From an uncultured Pelagibacteraceae bacterium (lineage in GTDB: Bacteria; Pseudomonadota; Alphaproteobacteria; Pelagibacterales; Pelagibacteraceae), in NCBI GenBank assembly GCA_902542855.1, contig CACBWE010000002.1, positions 118-64,117 of the forward strand: a stretch of 64,000 nt of DNA. The letters are read 5' to 3'. A program made the position numbers and the translations under genes. The notes under the pieces are model-generated. The model did not search any database. It saw nothing but the letters and a program-made list of their open reading frames with translations, and was not told the DNA's origin. This document shows positions 29,623-39,685 of this stretch, piece by piece; position 1 is the first letter of the stretch; the number at the start of each line of letters is the position of its first letter.

Positions 29623-29985
29623 TTATTTTTTAACTATAAAGCTTTTATAGATTATTGCACCTCCGATTAAAAATATCAATATCGGCAATAACCAAAGAAT
29701 ATATGTATTTTTATTTAAACCAGGATCGTAAAGTATCCATTCTCCATATTTAGTTCTAAAAAATTCATAAATTTGATCTTCAGAGAGACCCTCTTGAAGC
29801 TTTTTATCAACTACAATTTTTAAACTGTTTGCAAATTCAGAGTCTGAATCATAAACAGATTGACCTTGACATATAAGACATCTTAAATTTTTGGTTATTT
29901 TATTTCTTTTATCGTCCTCCTCAGCATCAACACTACTTAAAGGGAATAATATTATAACAATTAAAAAAAATTTTAGAAATTTCAT
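29623..29985 (-). CDS. ccmH: Cytochrome c biogenesis protein CcmH
   Basis: LRCLICQ, YGEWILYDP. Confidence 0.93.
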   Translation of the reverse strand: MKFLKFFLIVIILFPLSSVDAEEDDKRNKITKNLRCLICQGQSVYDSDSEFANSLKIVVDKKLQEGLSEDQIYEFFRTKYGEWILYDPGLNKNTYILWLLPILIFLIGGAIIYKSFIVKK

Positions 29986-30500
29986 TTTATCAATAGATTA
30001 ATTTCATCAACTAATTCTTGGTTAAGAGGTCCAATATATTTTTTAATAATTTTATTATTATAAATTAAAAATGATTCAGGAACCCCATATGCTCCCCACT
30101 CAATTGCAATTATACCATCTAAATCGATAAAGATTTCTTTGTAAGGGTTTCCTAGTTCTTTTAAAAAATTTTCTGCATTTTTTAAATTATCTTTATAATT
30201 CATCCCAATAATATTTAATTTATTCTCTAAATTTAAATTCATCAAAAGAGGATGCTCCTGTCGACATGGTACACACCAAGATGACCAAACATTTAATAAA
30301 TAAACCTTATCTAACTCAAAGATACTTGATGATTTCACATTTTCTCCAGAAAAAAATTCTTTGGTATTAAATACTGGTATCTCTTTTTTTGTATTAACAT
30401 CTGGAGTGTATATTTTTGATTCTTCTAAACCTTTGTAAAAAATAAGAAATATTATTCCAAAAATAATAATAACTGAAAAAGGTAATATTTTATTTTTCAT
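29982..30500 (-). CDS. ccmG: Thiol:disulfide interchange protein CcmG/DsbE
   Basis: WSSWCVPCRQEHP, YGVPES. Confidence 0.95.
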   Translation of the reverse strand: MKNKILPFSVIIIFGIIFLIFYKGLEESKIYTPDVNTKKEIPVFNTKEFFSGENVKSSSIFELDKVYLLNVWSSWCVPCRQEHPLLMNLNLENKLNIIGMNYKDNLKNAENFLKELGNPYKEIFIDLDGIIAIEWGAYGVPESFLIYNNKIIKKYIGPLNQELVDEINLLIK

Positions 30501-32371
30501 GATCTTTTTTGTAAAAAGCTAACAATGCCAGCAAAAGATATTAAAATTACTGATAACCAGATCCATAACATAAATGGTTTAACTTGGTATCTTACGTTGA
30601 AAAAATCTTGATTTTGAACCAGATTAATTACAATAAATTTATCTGACATAAGTGTTGTTTTAATGTCAGCTTCACTTGTGGCAATGACAGGTTGATTATA
30701 AATTCTCAGCTCTGGTGAAAATTTATCCTCTTCACCATTTAAATTACTTATAGAAAAATTAGCAATAATAGCATTATAATTTTTTTCTTTTTTCTGATCA
30801 ACACTCTCAAAAACTATCTTAGTTTTCGAATTTTCAAAAGTTTCACCAACCTTGAGATTTGTTATAATTTCGCTTGCAAATATATTGTTAAACAAGATAC
30901 TTAGGATCAATAAACTAAATCCAAAATGAGCAATATTTTGTGAAATATTTTTATATTTTTTTACAAAAAAATCTCGCAAGGTAATAAAGAATAAATAAAG
31001 CGCACTCGATATCAAAATTGTATTTATTAAAATATTTTGATTAAAATTTTTTAATACTAAAAATGCTATTAAAATTGAGATAATTAAAAAAGAAATTAAA
31101 TAAATCTTATCTTCTAGTTGAGATTTGATCCATTTTAATTTTGGACCAATCGCCATCATAAATAAAAATGGAATTAAAAATGGAATTATCAATTTATGAT
31201 AAAATGGTGGTCCGACAGATATTTTTTGAGAAGAAATTACATCTAAAAAAATTGGATAAACGGTACCTATTAATACAACAGATAAAAAATACATCATGAA
31301 CCAGTTATTAATTAATATTGAAGTTTCTTTGCTCAACCAAAAAAAACTATAAGATTTTCTGTCATTATCTTTGTGAAAAAAGAAAAAAATTAAAATAGAT
31401 AAAAAAATCAAAATGAATAAAAAAACAAGAATAAATAAACCTCTTTCAGGATCGTTAGCAAAAGTATGAACCGAATTTAATATTCCTGATCTTACTAAAA
31501 ATGTTCCACACATACTTAATGTAAATGTTGCAATAGAAAGAATTATTACCCATGAAGTTAAAATTGATTTTTTTTCTAATACTAAAATACAATGTAAAAG
31601 AGTGGTTAATGCAAGCCATGGCATTAAAGAAACATTCTCAACTGGATCCCAAAACCAAAAACCTCCCCAGCCCAATTCGTAATAGGCCCAAATCGATCCA
31701 AGCAATATTCCTAAAGTTAAAAATATCCACGAAATTAAGATCCATTTTTTTATATGTGATGCCCAACTAGTAGATATAATTTTTAAACTTGTTGCTGCCA
31801 AGACAGATGAAAAAATAATAGAAGAACCAACATAGCCTAAATATAAAATAGGTGGATGGATTGCTAAAGCAGGGTCTTGTAAAATAGGGTTTAATCCAAG
31901 ACCTTCAGAAGGTATTGGAAAAATATAATTAAATGGATTTGATGTTTTGATTAAAAATAAAAAGAAACCAACTATGATTATTTGTTGAAAAACTAGAGTT
32001 AAAATTTTGTATTTTACTGGTTGATTTTTAGTTCTTAACAAAAATAAGAAAATAAATAACGTTAAAACAAGTAACCATAATAATAAACTACCTTCATGAT
32101 TTCCCCAAGTTCCACTGATTTTGTAAAATAATGGTTTGGTAGTATGAGAATTATTAAATACTGTTTCATTACTAAAATCCGAAATAACAAAAGAAAAAAT
32201 CAAACACAAAAAACTAATTACAACAAAAAATAATTGTAAAAATGTAAATGATAATATTTTGGTGTCTAAAGTGTTTGAGTTATTAAAATTTTTATATGAA
32301 AAATAAAATAATGATAAACCAATAATTAATCCTATTATTAATGAATAATATCCAATTATATTATAGATCAA
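30497..32371 (-). CDS. ccmF: Heme lyase CcmF
   Basis: HEGSLLLW, HPPILY, WGGFWFWDPVEN, SVHTF. Confidence 0.97.
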   Translation of the reverse strand: MIYNIIGYYSLIIGLIIGLSLFYFSYKNFNNSNTLDTKILSFTFLQLFFVVISFLCLIFSFVISDFSNETVFNNSHTTKPLFYKISGTWGNHEGSLLLWLLVLTLFIFLFLLRTKNQPVKYKILTLVFQQIIIVGFFLFLIKTSNPFNYIFPIPSEGLGLNPILQDPALAIHPPILYLGYVGSSIIFSSVLAATSLKIISTSWASHIKKWILISWIFLTLGILLGSIWAYYELGWGGFWFWDPVENVSLMPWLALTTLLHCILVLEKKSILTSWVIILSIATFTLSMCGTFLVRSGILNSVHTFANDPERGLFILVFLFILIFLSILIFFFFHKDNDRKSYSFFWLSKETSILINNWFMMYFLSVVLIGTVYPIFLDVISSQKISVGPPFYHKLIIPFLIPFLFMMAIGPKLKWIKSQLEDKIYLISFLIISILIAFLVLKNFNQNILINTILISSALYLFFITLRDFFVKKYKNISQNIAHFGFSLLILSILFNNIFASEIITNLKVGETFENSKTKIVFESVDQKKEKNYNAIIANFSISNLNGEEDKFSPELRIYNQPVIATSEADIKTTLMSDKFIVINLVQNQDFFNVRYQVKPFMLWIWLSVILISFAGIVSFLQKRS

Positions 32372-32372
32372 T

Positions 32373-32792
32373 TTATTTTTCTCCTAATGCTTCTTTTACT
32401 TCCGGAGGCATATAATTTTCATCATGCTTAGCTAAAATTTTTGTTGCAGAGAAGAAGTTTCTATCTTTCAAAAAACCTTCTGCAACAACCCCTTTTCCTT
32501 CAGCAAATAAATTTGGTACTGCTCCTGAGTAAGTAACATTTATTTCATTTTTAAAGTCAGTAATTATAAAATTAACTTCATTTGAACTTATGGAAATAGA
32601 GTTTTTTTTAACCATTCCTCCAACTCTTATTTTGCTTTTATCTATTTCAGTAAGTGATTTTATTTCAGAAGGCGATTGAAAATATACAACATTTTCCTCT
32701 AATGATTTTAAAATCAAAAATGTTGTTAAAATTAAGGTAATTAAGATTATTACTACAAAAAGAAATCTTAATTTAACTTTTCTACCATACAT
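32373..32792 (-). CDS. ccmE: Heme chaperone CcmE
   Basis: [12 protein letters not shown]. Confidence 0.97.
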   Translation of the reverse strand: MYGRKVKLRFLFVVIILITLILTTFLILKSLEENVVYFQSPSEIKSLTEIDKSKIRVGGMVKKNSISISSNEVNFIITDFKNEINVTYSGAVPNLFAEGKGVVAEGFLKDRNFFSATKILAKHDENYMPPEVKEALGEK

Positions 32793-32802
32793 GGTTTAAA
32801 AG

Positions 32803-33030
32803 TTAATTATTTGTTGCGTTTGCTAAAATTTCTTTATTTATTCTTTGAGATTTTGCAGAATTAGCTTGCTCAGTATTAAGTAATCCAAATCTAGCAACAA
32901 ATTTGTTTTGTTCTTTAACAAATTGCATTTTAGTTACCAAATATAAACCTAAGAAACTTAATAAGGTAAAGCTAAAAGCAGATAACACATACACTGCATA
33001 TCCATTCATAAAAAGTAATTCATTTATCAT
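32803..33030 (-). CDS. ccmD: Heme exporter protein CcmD
   Basis: MNGYAVYV followed by one TM; lies between ccmC and ccmE. Confidence 0.85.
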   Translation of the reverse strand: MINELLFMNGYAVYVLSAFSFTLLSFLGLYLVTKMQFVKEQNKFVARFGLLNTEQANSAKSQRINKEILANATNN

Positions 33031-33734
33031 AATCTATCTAGGCCTTTATTTTTAATTTTTATCAGTTCTGTATTATATTTCATTAAGAAAATTAACAATG
33101 AAAAAAGAGCAAATGCCGCAGTCATTATCAATAGTGGGTAAAGCATTGATGAATGAATTGAGCTTTTTGACAAAATATTAATAGATGCAGGTTGATGGAG
33201 TGTATTCCACCAATCAACTGAGTACTTTATAATTGGAACATTAATAATTCCTAAAATAGTTATGAAAGTTGAAATCTTATAGACTTTTTCTTCATTATCA
33301 TAAATTCTCCATACAATTAAATACATTGCATAGAACAAAGCTAATATTAGCATTGAAGTAATTCTTGCATCCCAAGCCCACCATGTTCCCCAAGTTGGTT
33401 TTCCCCAAATTGAACCTGTAACTAAAGCAATAATATTAAAAACAAATCCTGAAGGAGCTAAACTTTTAGAGATTAAAAAAAAGTTTTTGTTTTTAAATAC
33501 AAAACCACAAATAGATAACAAAGTTATAGAAGAAAATATTCCAAGTGAAATCCAAGCGGCAGGAACATGAACATACATAATTCTAACTGCATCACTTTGT
33601 TTGTAATCTTCAGGCGATATGATTAATGCTTCAACTAAACCAACACTCAATACAACAATAAACAAAAATAAAACGTACTTGGGTGCTTTTGACGTGATTA
33701 TGAAAATCTTGTTAGGTTCAAAAAGTTTAAACAT
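33027..33734 (-). CDS. ccmC: Heme exporter protein CcmC
   Basis: YVHVPAAW, WGKPTWGTWWAWDAR, WWNTLHQ. Confidence 0.97.
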   Translation of the reverse strand: MFKLFEPNKIFIITSKAPKYVLFLFIVVLSVGLVEALIISPEDYKQSDAVRIMYVHVPAAWISLGIFSSITLLSICGFVFKNKNFFLISKSLAPSGFVFNIIALVTGSIWGKPTWGTWWAWDARITSMLILALFYAMYLIVWRIYDNEEKVYKISTFITILGIINVPIIKYSVDWWNTLHQPASINILSKSSIHSSMLYPLLIMTAAFALFSLLIFLMKYNTELIKIKNKGLDRL

Positions 33735-33780
33735 ATTTTAATTTAGAATTTTTTTTAGTGATTTCTATTATGAAATAGTT

Positions 33781-33846
33781 TTCTGATCAAGAATGCAGAG
33801 GGGAGATAATAAGATTGAAATTAACGTTTAACACTCTTGACCAGAA
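33781..33846 (-). ncRNA. Candidate structured RNA (15-bp stem, 36-nt loop with anti-SD-like motif)
   Basis: On the minus strand UUCUGGUCAAGAGUG pairs fully with CAUUCUUGAUCAGAA using two G-U pairs; the loop ends in UCUCCCCUCU. Confidence 0.4.
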
Positions 33847-33913
33847 GATACTAAAAATATAGCTAATTTGTATGGCCTAGATTTGAGCTAAATGTGGTTG
33901 AATGATGGTTGCC

Positions 33914-34234
33914 TTAATTAGAAAGCTTGAAATAACTAGAGCCTTTTTTTCCCGAAAAAATCTCTTCAATTAAAGGGTGTTTTATTGGTTCATCAGAGTC
34001 ATCCATCAACAAATTCTGCTCAGAAACATAAGCTTCATAAGTTATCTCATCATTTTCTGCTAACAAGTGATAAAATGGTTGGTCTTTTCTTGGTCTGACA
34101 TTTTTCGGAATAGACTGATACCATTCTTCAGAATTATTAAACTCAAAATCAACATCATAAATCACACCTCTAAATTCAAAGTGTTTATGCTTTACAATGT
34201 CTCCAATTGAAAATTTAGCTTTTTGAACTGGCAT
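33914..34234 (-). CDS. hspQ: Heat shock protein HspQ (YccV-like)
   Basis: AKFSIGDIVKH, FRGVIYDVD, QPFYHLLAE, AYVSEQNL. Confidence 0.93.
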   Translation of the reverse strand: MPVQKAKFSIGDIVKHKHFEFRGVIYDVDFEFNNSEEWYQSIPKNVRPRKDQPFYHLLAENDEITYEAYVSEQNLLMDDSDEPIKHPLIEEIFSGKKGSSYFKLSN

Positions 34235-34241
34235 TAATATT

Positions 34242-34270
34242 AGTATGGGTATTTAGAAATAAAAATCAAT
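34242..34270 (-). promoter_or_regulatory. Putative RpoH (sigma32) promoter of hspQ
   Basis: ATTGAT-N15-CCCATACT directly upstream of the ATG. Confidence 0.5.
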
Positions 34271-34321
34271 GCTAAAAATATAAATGTTTTGTGCTGTGGC
34301 AAATATGTTAATATCTTTTAA

Positions 34322-34873
34322 GTGAATAAATCTTTTTTAAAATTTGTTACTGATTTCGGTCCTTTAGCAATATTTTTTTTCTATTATTACAATAGTGGTA
34401 AAAATTTATCTGTAGCAATACCTCCACTAATAGTTGCAACTTTAGTTGCATTAGCAGTAGTTTGGTTTTTTGAAAAAAAAATTCCTCCAATGCCTTTGGT
34501 AAGTGGAATTTTAATTACTTTTTTTGGTGGATTAACAATCTACTTTAATGATCCTATATTTATTTACGTCAAACCAACTATCATTAACATTATGTTTGCT
34601 CTTGCGTTATTTTTTGGGAAATATTTTACCAATGAACCTATTCTTAAAAAAATTATGGGTAAATCTATTCCTCTAACTGATGTTGGATGGGAAATTCTTA
34701 ATAAGAGGTGGATGTACTTTTTCTTTGGTCTTGCTTTATTAAATGAAATTGTTTGGAGAACTCAAACTGAGGAATTTTGGGTTAATTTTAAAGTATGGGG
34801 AATGCTTCCAATAACGATAGTATTCACAGGATTTCAAATACCATTAATAAATAAGCATAAGATTGATGCGTAG
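34322..34873 (+). CDS. yciB: Inner-membrane protein YciB/IspZ
   Basis: DFGPL, FGGLT, KPTI, WVNFKVWG. Confidence 0.92.
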   Translation: MNKSFLKFVTDFGPLAIFFFYYYNSGKNLSVAIPPLIVATLVALAVVWFFEKKIPPMPLVSGILITFFGGLTIYFNDPIFIYVKPTIINIMFALALFFGKYFTNEPILKKIMGKSIPLTDVGWEILNKRWMYFFFGLALLNEIVWRTQTEEFWVNFKVWGMLPITIVFTGFQIPLINKHKIDA

Positions 34874-35210
34874 TAATTTAAAATTAGTAGTAAATAATCC
34901 GCATAATAAAATAGAAGAAAAACATTTTTTTGAAAAAGATGAGCTAAAAATTATATTAGACTTATATGCCAAGATGGTTTCTGAAGGTTCTTGGAAAGAT
35001 TACGGTTTAAGTATTTCAAGTAAGCAAGTGGGGTTTAGTGTTTTTAGAAATGCTACTGAAAATGCCCTTTATAAAATTTGCAAAAATTTTAGGCCTAAAA
35101 ATAAAAATCTTAAATATTTGATTACTGATACAAGTGGTAAAATACTAAAAAATTCTTACGATCTAAGAGTTTTATTAAAAAATATCAATTGGAAGAAACT
35201 TCAAAAATAA
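34866..35210 (+). CDS. DUF2794-like protein
   Basis: FEKDELKIILDLYAKMVSEGSWKDY...FSVFR. Confidence 0.75.
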   Translation: MRSNLKLVVNNPHNKIEEKHFFEKDELKIILDLYAKMVSEGSWKDYGLSISSKQVGFSVFRNATENALYKICKNFRPKNKNLKYLITDTSGKILKNSYDLRVLLKNINWKKLQK

Positions 35211-35212
35211 AT

Positions 35213-35974
35213 TTATCTTCTTTGCCCAAATAATCTTAACAACATTATAAATAAATTGATGAAATCTAGATATAAAGTTAAAGCGCCCATCACAGCTTTC
35301 TTGCCCATTAACTCTCCTGAGTCTGAAGCGACATACATATTTTTGATTTTTTGAGTGTCATAAGCTGTTAAACCAACAAATATTAAAACACCTAAAATTG
35401 AAATCACAAAATACATCATAGAAGATTTCATAAAGATATTAACAATTGAAGCTATAATTATTCCAATTAGACCCATCATTAAAAAAGATCCAAACTTTGT
35501 AAGATCTCTTTTAGTTGTGTATCCATAAATACTCATCGCTCCAAATGTTGCAGATGTAATGAAGAAAACTCTAGTTACACTCATTCCAGTGTAAACTAAT
35601 AATATTGAGGATAAAGATAGACCCATCAAAGCTGCAAAAACCCAAAACGTAGTTTGTGCTTTTGATGCACTCATCTTATTAATTCCAAAACTCATGTAAA
35701 AAACGATACCTAGAGGTGCTAACATTACAAGCCATTTAAGACCTGATAAATAAATTGCATTCCCCATCTGCGTTAGACCAACGATTGAACCTGCATCGTT
35801 AGTAACAACAGACATTTTGAATGTTAATAATGCTACTATTCCAGTTAGCAATATACCTGTTGCCATGTAGTTATAAACTTTTAGCATGTAGGCTCTTAAG
35901 CCTTCATCCATTACAGCAGCCGATTGTTGTGCTGCTTTAGCTCTTTTTAGTATTCCGTTTTTATCAAATTCCAT
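35213..35974 (-). CDS. Bax inhibitor-1/YccA family membrane protein
   Basis: DEGLRAYMLKVYNYM, TAYDTQKIK, ALTLYLDFINLF. Confidence 0.93.
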   Translation of the reverse strand: MEFDKNGILKRAKAAQQSAAVMDEGLRAYMLKVYNYMATGILLTGIVALLTFKMSVVTNDAGSIVGLTQMGNAIYLSGLKWLVMLAPLGIVFYMSFGINKMSASKAQTTFWVFAALMGLSLSSILLVYTGMSVTRVFFITSATFGAMSIYGYTTKRDLTKFGSFLMMGLIGIIIASIVNIFMKSSMMYFVISILGVLIFVGLTAYDTQKIKNMYVASDSGELMGKKAVMGALTLYLDFINLFIMLLRLFGQRR

Positions 35975-36053
35975 AATGAGTAATATATATATTCTTTTAC
36001 TAATTATTCAAGATACCTTAAAAGATTAACAAAATTTTAACTTAATATTTCAA

Positions 36054-37088
36054 ATGAATTACAAAAATTTAGGTAATACCGATGTTAAAGTAAGTACAAT
36101 TTGTCTCGGTACTATGACTTGGGGAGAGCAAAATACTGAGCTTGAAGCATTTGAACAAATGGATTTTTCATTAGATCAAGGAGTAAACTTTTGGGACACT
36201 GCAGAATTATATGCAGTACCTCCAAGAAAAGAAACCTACGGTGATACAGAAGAAATTATTGGGAACTGGTTTCAAAATACAAAAAAAAGAGACAAAGTTA
36301 TTCTTGCAACAAAAGTTGCTGGCCCAGCAAGAGATTATTTAAGAAGTGGAGAAAATAGTTTTACAGGTCCAAATTTAGAATCTGCTTTAAATGACAGTCT
36401 CAAAAGGCTTAAAACTGATTATATAGATTTATATCAACTTCATTGGCCAGAAAGAAATGTAAATAATTTTGGAAGACTTGGTTATGTTCATAAGGAAAAT
36501 GAATGGAATAAATTTGAAGATGTTCTTGCAGAATTAAATAAATATATTGATCAGGGAAAAATAAGATATGTTGGTTTGTCAAATGAAACCCCGTGGGGAG
36601 TTTTAAATTATCTCCAATTATCTAAAAACAAAAAATTACCAAGGATGATGTCAATTCAAAATCCTTATAGCTTATTAAACAGATCTTACGAAGTTGGATT
36701 AGCTGAAGTTTCTATAAGAGAAAATATTGGCTGCTTAGCTTACTCTCCACTTGCAAGTGGATATTTAAGTGGGAAATATAGAAACAAAAAATTTCCTAAA
36801 GGATCAAGAATGGAGAGAGATTTTGATTTCTGGACAAGATATAGAAAGCCTAATACTGAGGATGCAGTTGAACATTATTACAAAATTAGTGAAAAATTTG
36901 ATCTAGATATGAGTCAAATGTCTATTAAATTTTGTGAAATCCAAGACTTTATGACCAGTGTAATAATTGGAGCAACTACAATGGAGCAGTTGAAAACAAA
37001 TATAGAAAGTGTAAATGTAAACTTATCTGATGATGTCATTAAAGAAATTAACCACGTACAAAAAATTTATCCAAATCCATGTCCATAA
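36054..37088 (+). CDS. tas: Aldo/keto reductase (Tas-like)
   Basis: LGTMTWGEQN, DTAELY, DLYQLHWP, SNETPWG, QNPYSLLNR, YPNPCP. Confidence 0.88.
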   Translation: MNYKNLGNTDVKVSTICLGTMTWGEQNTELEAFEQMDFSLDQGVNFWDTAELYAVPPRKETYGDTEEIIGNWFQNTKKRDKVILATKVAGPARDYLRSGENSFTGPNLESALNDSLKRLKTDYIDLYQLHWPERNVNNFGRLGYVHKENEWNKFEDVLAELNKYIDQGKIRYVGLSNETPWGVLNYLQLSKNKKLPRMMSIQNPYSLLNRSYEVGLAEVSIRENIGCLAYSPLASGYLSGKYRNKKFPKGSRMERDFDFWTRYRKPNTEDAVEHYYKISEKFDLDMSQMSIKFCEIQDFMTSVIIGATTMEQLKTNIESVNVNLSDDVIKEINHVQKIYPNPCP

Positions 37089-37591
37089 TTAAAAAAATTA
37101 CAATATTGTTAGGAATATTTTTTATAAGTGGTGTTGCTCAAGTTTCAGCTCAGGAAATTAAAAAAATTGGTAAATATAAAGATTGGGAAGCAATGGTCGT
37201 TATGGATGCTGACGGTAAAGTATGCTTTGCGCAATCTTTACCTATTTTGCAAGCACCCAAAACTAATAAAAGAGATGCAAAATTATTTGTAGCATTTAGA
37301 CCAAACGACAATATAAAAAATGAAGTGAGTGTTACCCCAGGTTATGAATTCAACAAAAATAATTCTGTAACAGCTGCTTCAGGGAAGAATAAATTTAAAT
37401 TTGATATTAAAGAACAAGGTTTTGCGTGGATTGCAGACAACAAAATCGAATTAAAAATGATTAAACAAATGAGAAAAGGATCTAGAATTATGATCACTGG
37501 ATACAATCAACAAGGTTCTCAAACAATTGATCATTACTCATTATTAGGATTTACTAAAGCTTATAACGCTTCAAGAAAAGCTTGTAGTTAA
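37079..37591 (+). CDS. Invasion-associated locus B (IalB)-like periplasmic protein
   Basis: Signal peptide, DW...C, YSLLGFTKAY...C. Confidence 0.75.
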   Translation: MSIIKKITILLGIFFISGVAQVSAQEIKKIGKYKDWEAMVVMDADGKVCFAQSLPILQAPKTNKRDAKLFVAFRPNDNIKNEVSVTPGYEFNKNNSVTAASGKNKFKFDIKEQGFAWIADNKIELKMIKQMRKGSRIMITGYNQQGSQTIDHYSLLGFTKAYNASRKACS

Positions 37592-37595
37592 TTGA

Positions 37596-38783
37596 ATGAA
37601 ATCAAAAAAAAAAATTGTTCTAGCTTATTCTGGAGGGCTCGATACTTCTATAATTTTAAAATGGCTTCAAGAAAATTATGATGCAGATGTAATTTGTTAT
37701 ACAGCAGATGTTGGACAAGAAATTGATAGAAAAAAAATTATTACTAATGCAAAAAAATTTGGTGTTAAAAATATAATTATTAAAGACTTAAAAGATATTT
37801 TTGTTAAGGATTATGTTTACCCCATGATCAGAGGACACGCGATCTATGAGGGTGTTTATTTATTAGGGACATCAATAGCAAGACCTCTTATTGCAAAAGA
37901 TCAAATAAGAGTAGCTAAAAAATTTAAAGCCTATGCAGTTTCACATGGAGCAACTGGTAAAGGCAATGACCAAGTTAGATTTGAATTAGGCTATCATTAC
38001 TTTGGTCCTAAAATTAAAATTATAGCTCCATGGAGAATTTGGAAACTAAAATCTAGAACAGACTTAATTAATTATGCAAAAAAACATAGCATAGCTATTC
38101 CTAAAGATAAAAAAGGTGCACCTCCTTTTTCAGTGGATGATAATTTATTTCATACATCAACTGAAGGTAAGGTTTTAGAAAATCCAAAAAATTCTGCTCC
38201 AGAATTTATTTTTCAACGAACAGTTTCTCCTGAAAAAGCACCTAACAAACCATCTTTTGTTACTATTAATTTTAAAAATGGTGATCCTTTTGGAATTAAT
38301 GGAAAAAAATTATCTCCAGCTAAATTATTAACAAAGTTAAATGATCTAGCAGGCGAAAATGGAATTGGAAGAGTTGACCTAGTAGAGAATAGATTTCTAG
38401 GTATTAAATCTAGAGGAGTGTATGAAACACCTGGTGGGACTCTTTTAATAAATGCTCATAGAGCAATTGAGTCTGTTACCTTAGACAAAGAAACTATGCA
38501 TAAAAAAGATCAGATAATGTCTAGATATGCAGAGTTAATTTACAATGGTTATTGGTATTCAAAAGAAAGATTTAAACTTCAAAAAATTGTAGATTTAAAA
38601 AGAAGCAAAGTTAATGGCTCAGTTAAACTTAAATTGTATAAAGGAAATATTACAATTCAATCTAGAGTTACTAATAGCAGCGCTTACTCAATGAAAAAAG
38701 TCTCATTTGAAGAAAATAAGTCATTTAATAAATCTAACGTTGAAAGATTTATCAATTTTCACAAAAAAAAGCTCCGTTCTTAG
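37596..38783 (+). CDS. argG: Argininosuccinate synthase
   Basis: LAYSGGLDTS, HGATGKGNDQVRF, KSRGVYETPGG. Confidence 0.97.
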   Translation: MKSKKKIVLAYSGGLDTSIILKWLQENYDADVICYTADVGQEIDRKKIITNAKKFGVKNIIIKDLKDIFVKDYVYPMIRGHAIYEGVYLLGTSIARPLIAKDQIRVAKKFKAYAVSHGATGKGNDQVRFELGYHYFGPKIKIIAPWRIWKLKSRTDLINYAKKHSIAIPKDKKGAPPFSVDDNLFHTSTEGKVLENPKNSAPEFIFQRTVSPEKAPNKPSFVTINFKNGDPFGINGKKLSPAKLLTKLNDLAGENGIGRVDLVENRFLGIKSRGVYETPGGTLLINAHRAIESVTLDKETMHKKDQIMSRYAELIYNGYWYSKERFKLQKIVDLKRSKVNGSVKLKLYKGNITIQSRVTNSSAYSMKKVSFEENKSFNKSNVERFINFHKKKLRS

Positions 38784-38840
38784 TAACGTTTAGGACAAAT
38801 TAACATTTGTTTAAATCACTAAAAATTATATCCTTAGATC

Positions 38841-39299
38841 ATGGAATCAATAAAGAATTGGATGAGAGATGCTGCAAATATTTTATTTGATGATAGTAAG
38901 AATGATCTACGCGCACTTCCTAAAACAGTTAGATTACAAATTCTTTTAGTTTTAAGTTTTATTTGGACTACTGTTTTTAGTTTATATGTTTTTTCTTACA
39001 CAACTTTTGCATTTGGATGGGCTGGACTTTTTTTAGCTCATATAGGTTTAATATTTGCCGTCTATATGACTTTTAAACAATTCCATAGAGCAGAAGAGAA
39101 GTCTGCAAGTGTTTTTCAAACAAAAAATTTTGATCCTTTTAAAATCATGGTCATAGTTTTTGTAATAGTATTTATTTTTGTATTTTCAAAAGGAATTGAA
39201 GTTTTAACAAGTCCAAACCCGAATTCTTATTCAATCCCTTATGATGGTCCCTTAAAATCTGCAATTGAAAAATGGTTACCTTTTAGTAAAGATAAATAA
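38841..39299 (+). CDS. Hypothetical membrane protein
   Basis: 152-aa ORF with three hydrophobic segments, first gene of the psiE-photolyase run. Confidence 0.75.
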   Translation: MESIKNWMRDAANILFDDSKNDLRALPKTVRLQILLVLSFIWTTVFSLYVFSYTTFAFGWAGLFLAHIGLIFAVYMTFKQFHRAEEKSASVFQTKNFDPFKIMVIVFVIVFIFVFSKGIEVLTSPNPNSYSIPYDGPLKSAIEKWLPFSKDK

Positions 39300-39679
39300 T
39301 GGATAAGATAGCAAAAAACTTACAGTTAGCATTAATGGTTATCATATTAATCAGTACTGTTATTGCTGTTGGGATTGAAATGAAAAACATGTTTTTAAAT
39401 CAATCTGTTACACTAGCAGATTTGCTTTTAATGTTTCTTTATTTGGAGGTACTAGCAATGGTTAGGGTTTTTTGGAACCAACAATCTATTAGTATTACAC
39501 TACCACTTCTTATTGCGATTACCGCCCTTGCACGATTTATTATTCTACAAGGCAAAGAAATGGATCCTACTGCACTTGTTTATGAAGCAGTAGCTATTTT
39601 GTTAATAGCTGGAGCCATTGTTGTTTTAAGATTAAGACATAGTGACAAATTAGGTCTTAAGAAAAAAAAATCAAAATAA
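39299..39679 (+). CDS. psiE: PsiE-family membrane protein
   Basis: TLADLLLMFLYLEV, IAITALARFIIL. Confidence 0.85.
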   Translation: MDKIAKNLQLALMVIILISTVIAVGIEMKNMFLNQSVTLADLLLMFLYLEVLAMVRVFWNQQSISITLPLLIAITALARFIILQGKEMDPTALVYEAVAILLIAGAIVVLRLRHSDKLGLKKKKSK

Positions 39680-39685
39680 TTTAAA

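Noticed and set aside
29623-33734. ccm cluster lacks ccmA, ccmB and ccmI
   Set aside because: Split ccm loci are common in alphaproteobacteria; absence cannot be judged from one window
33797-33862. Plus-strand GGGGAG followed by a TTG-started 15-codon ORF in the ccmC-hspQ spacer
   Set aside because: Very short with a weak start; the G-U pairing asymmetry favours a minus-strand RNA structure instead
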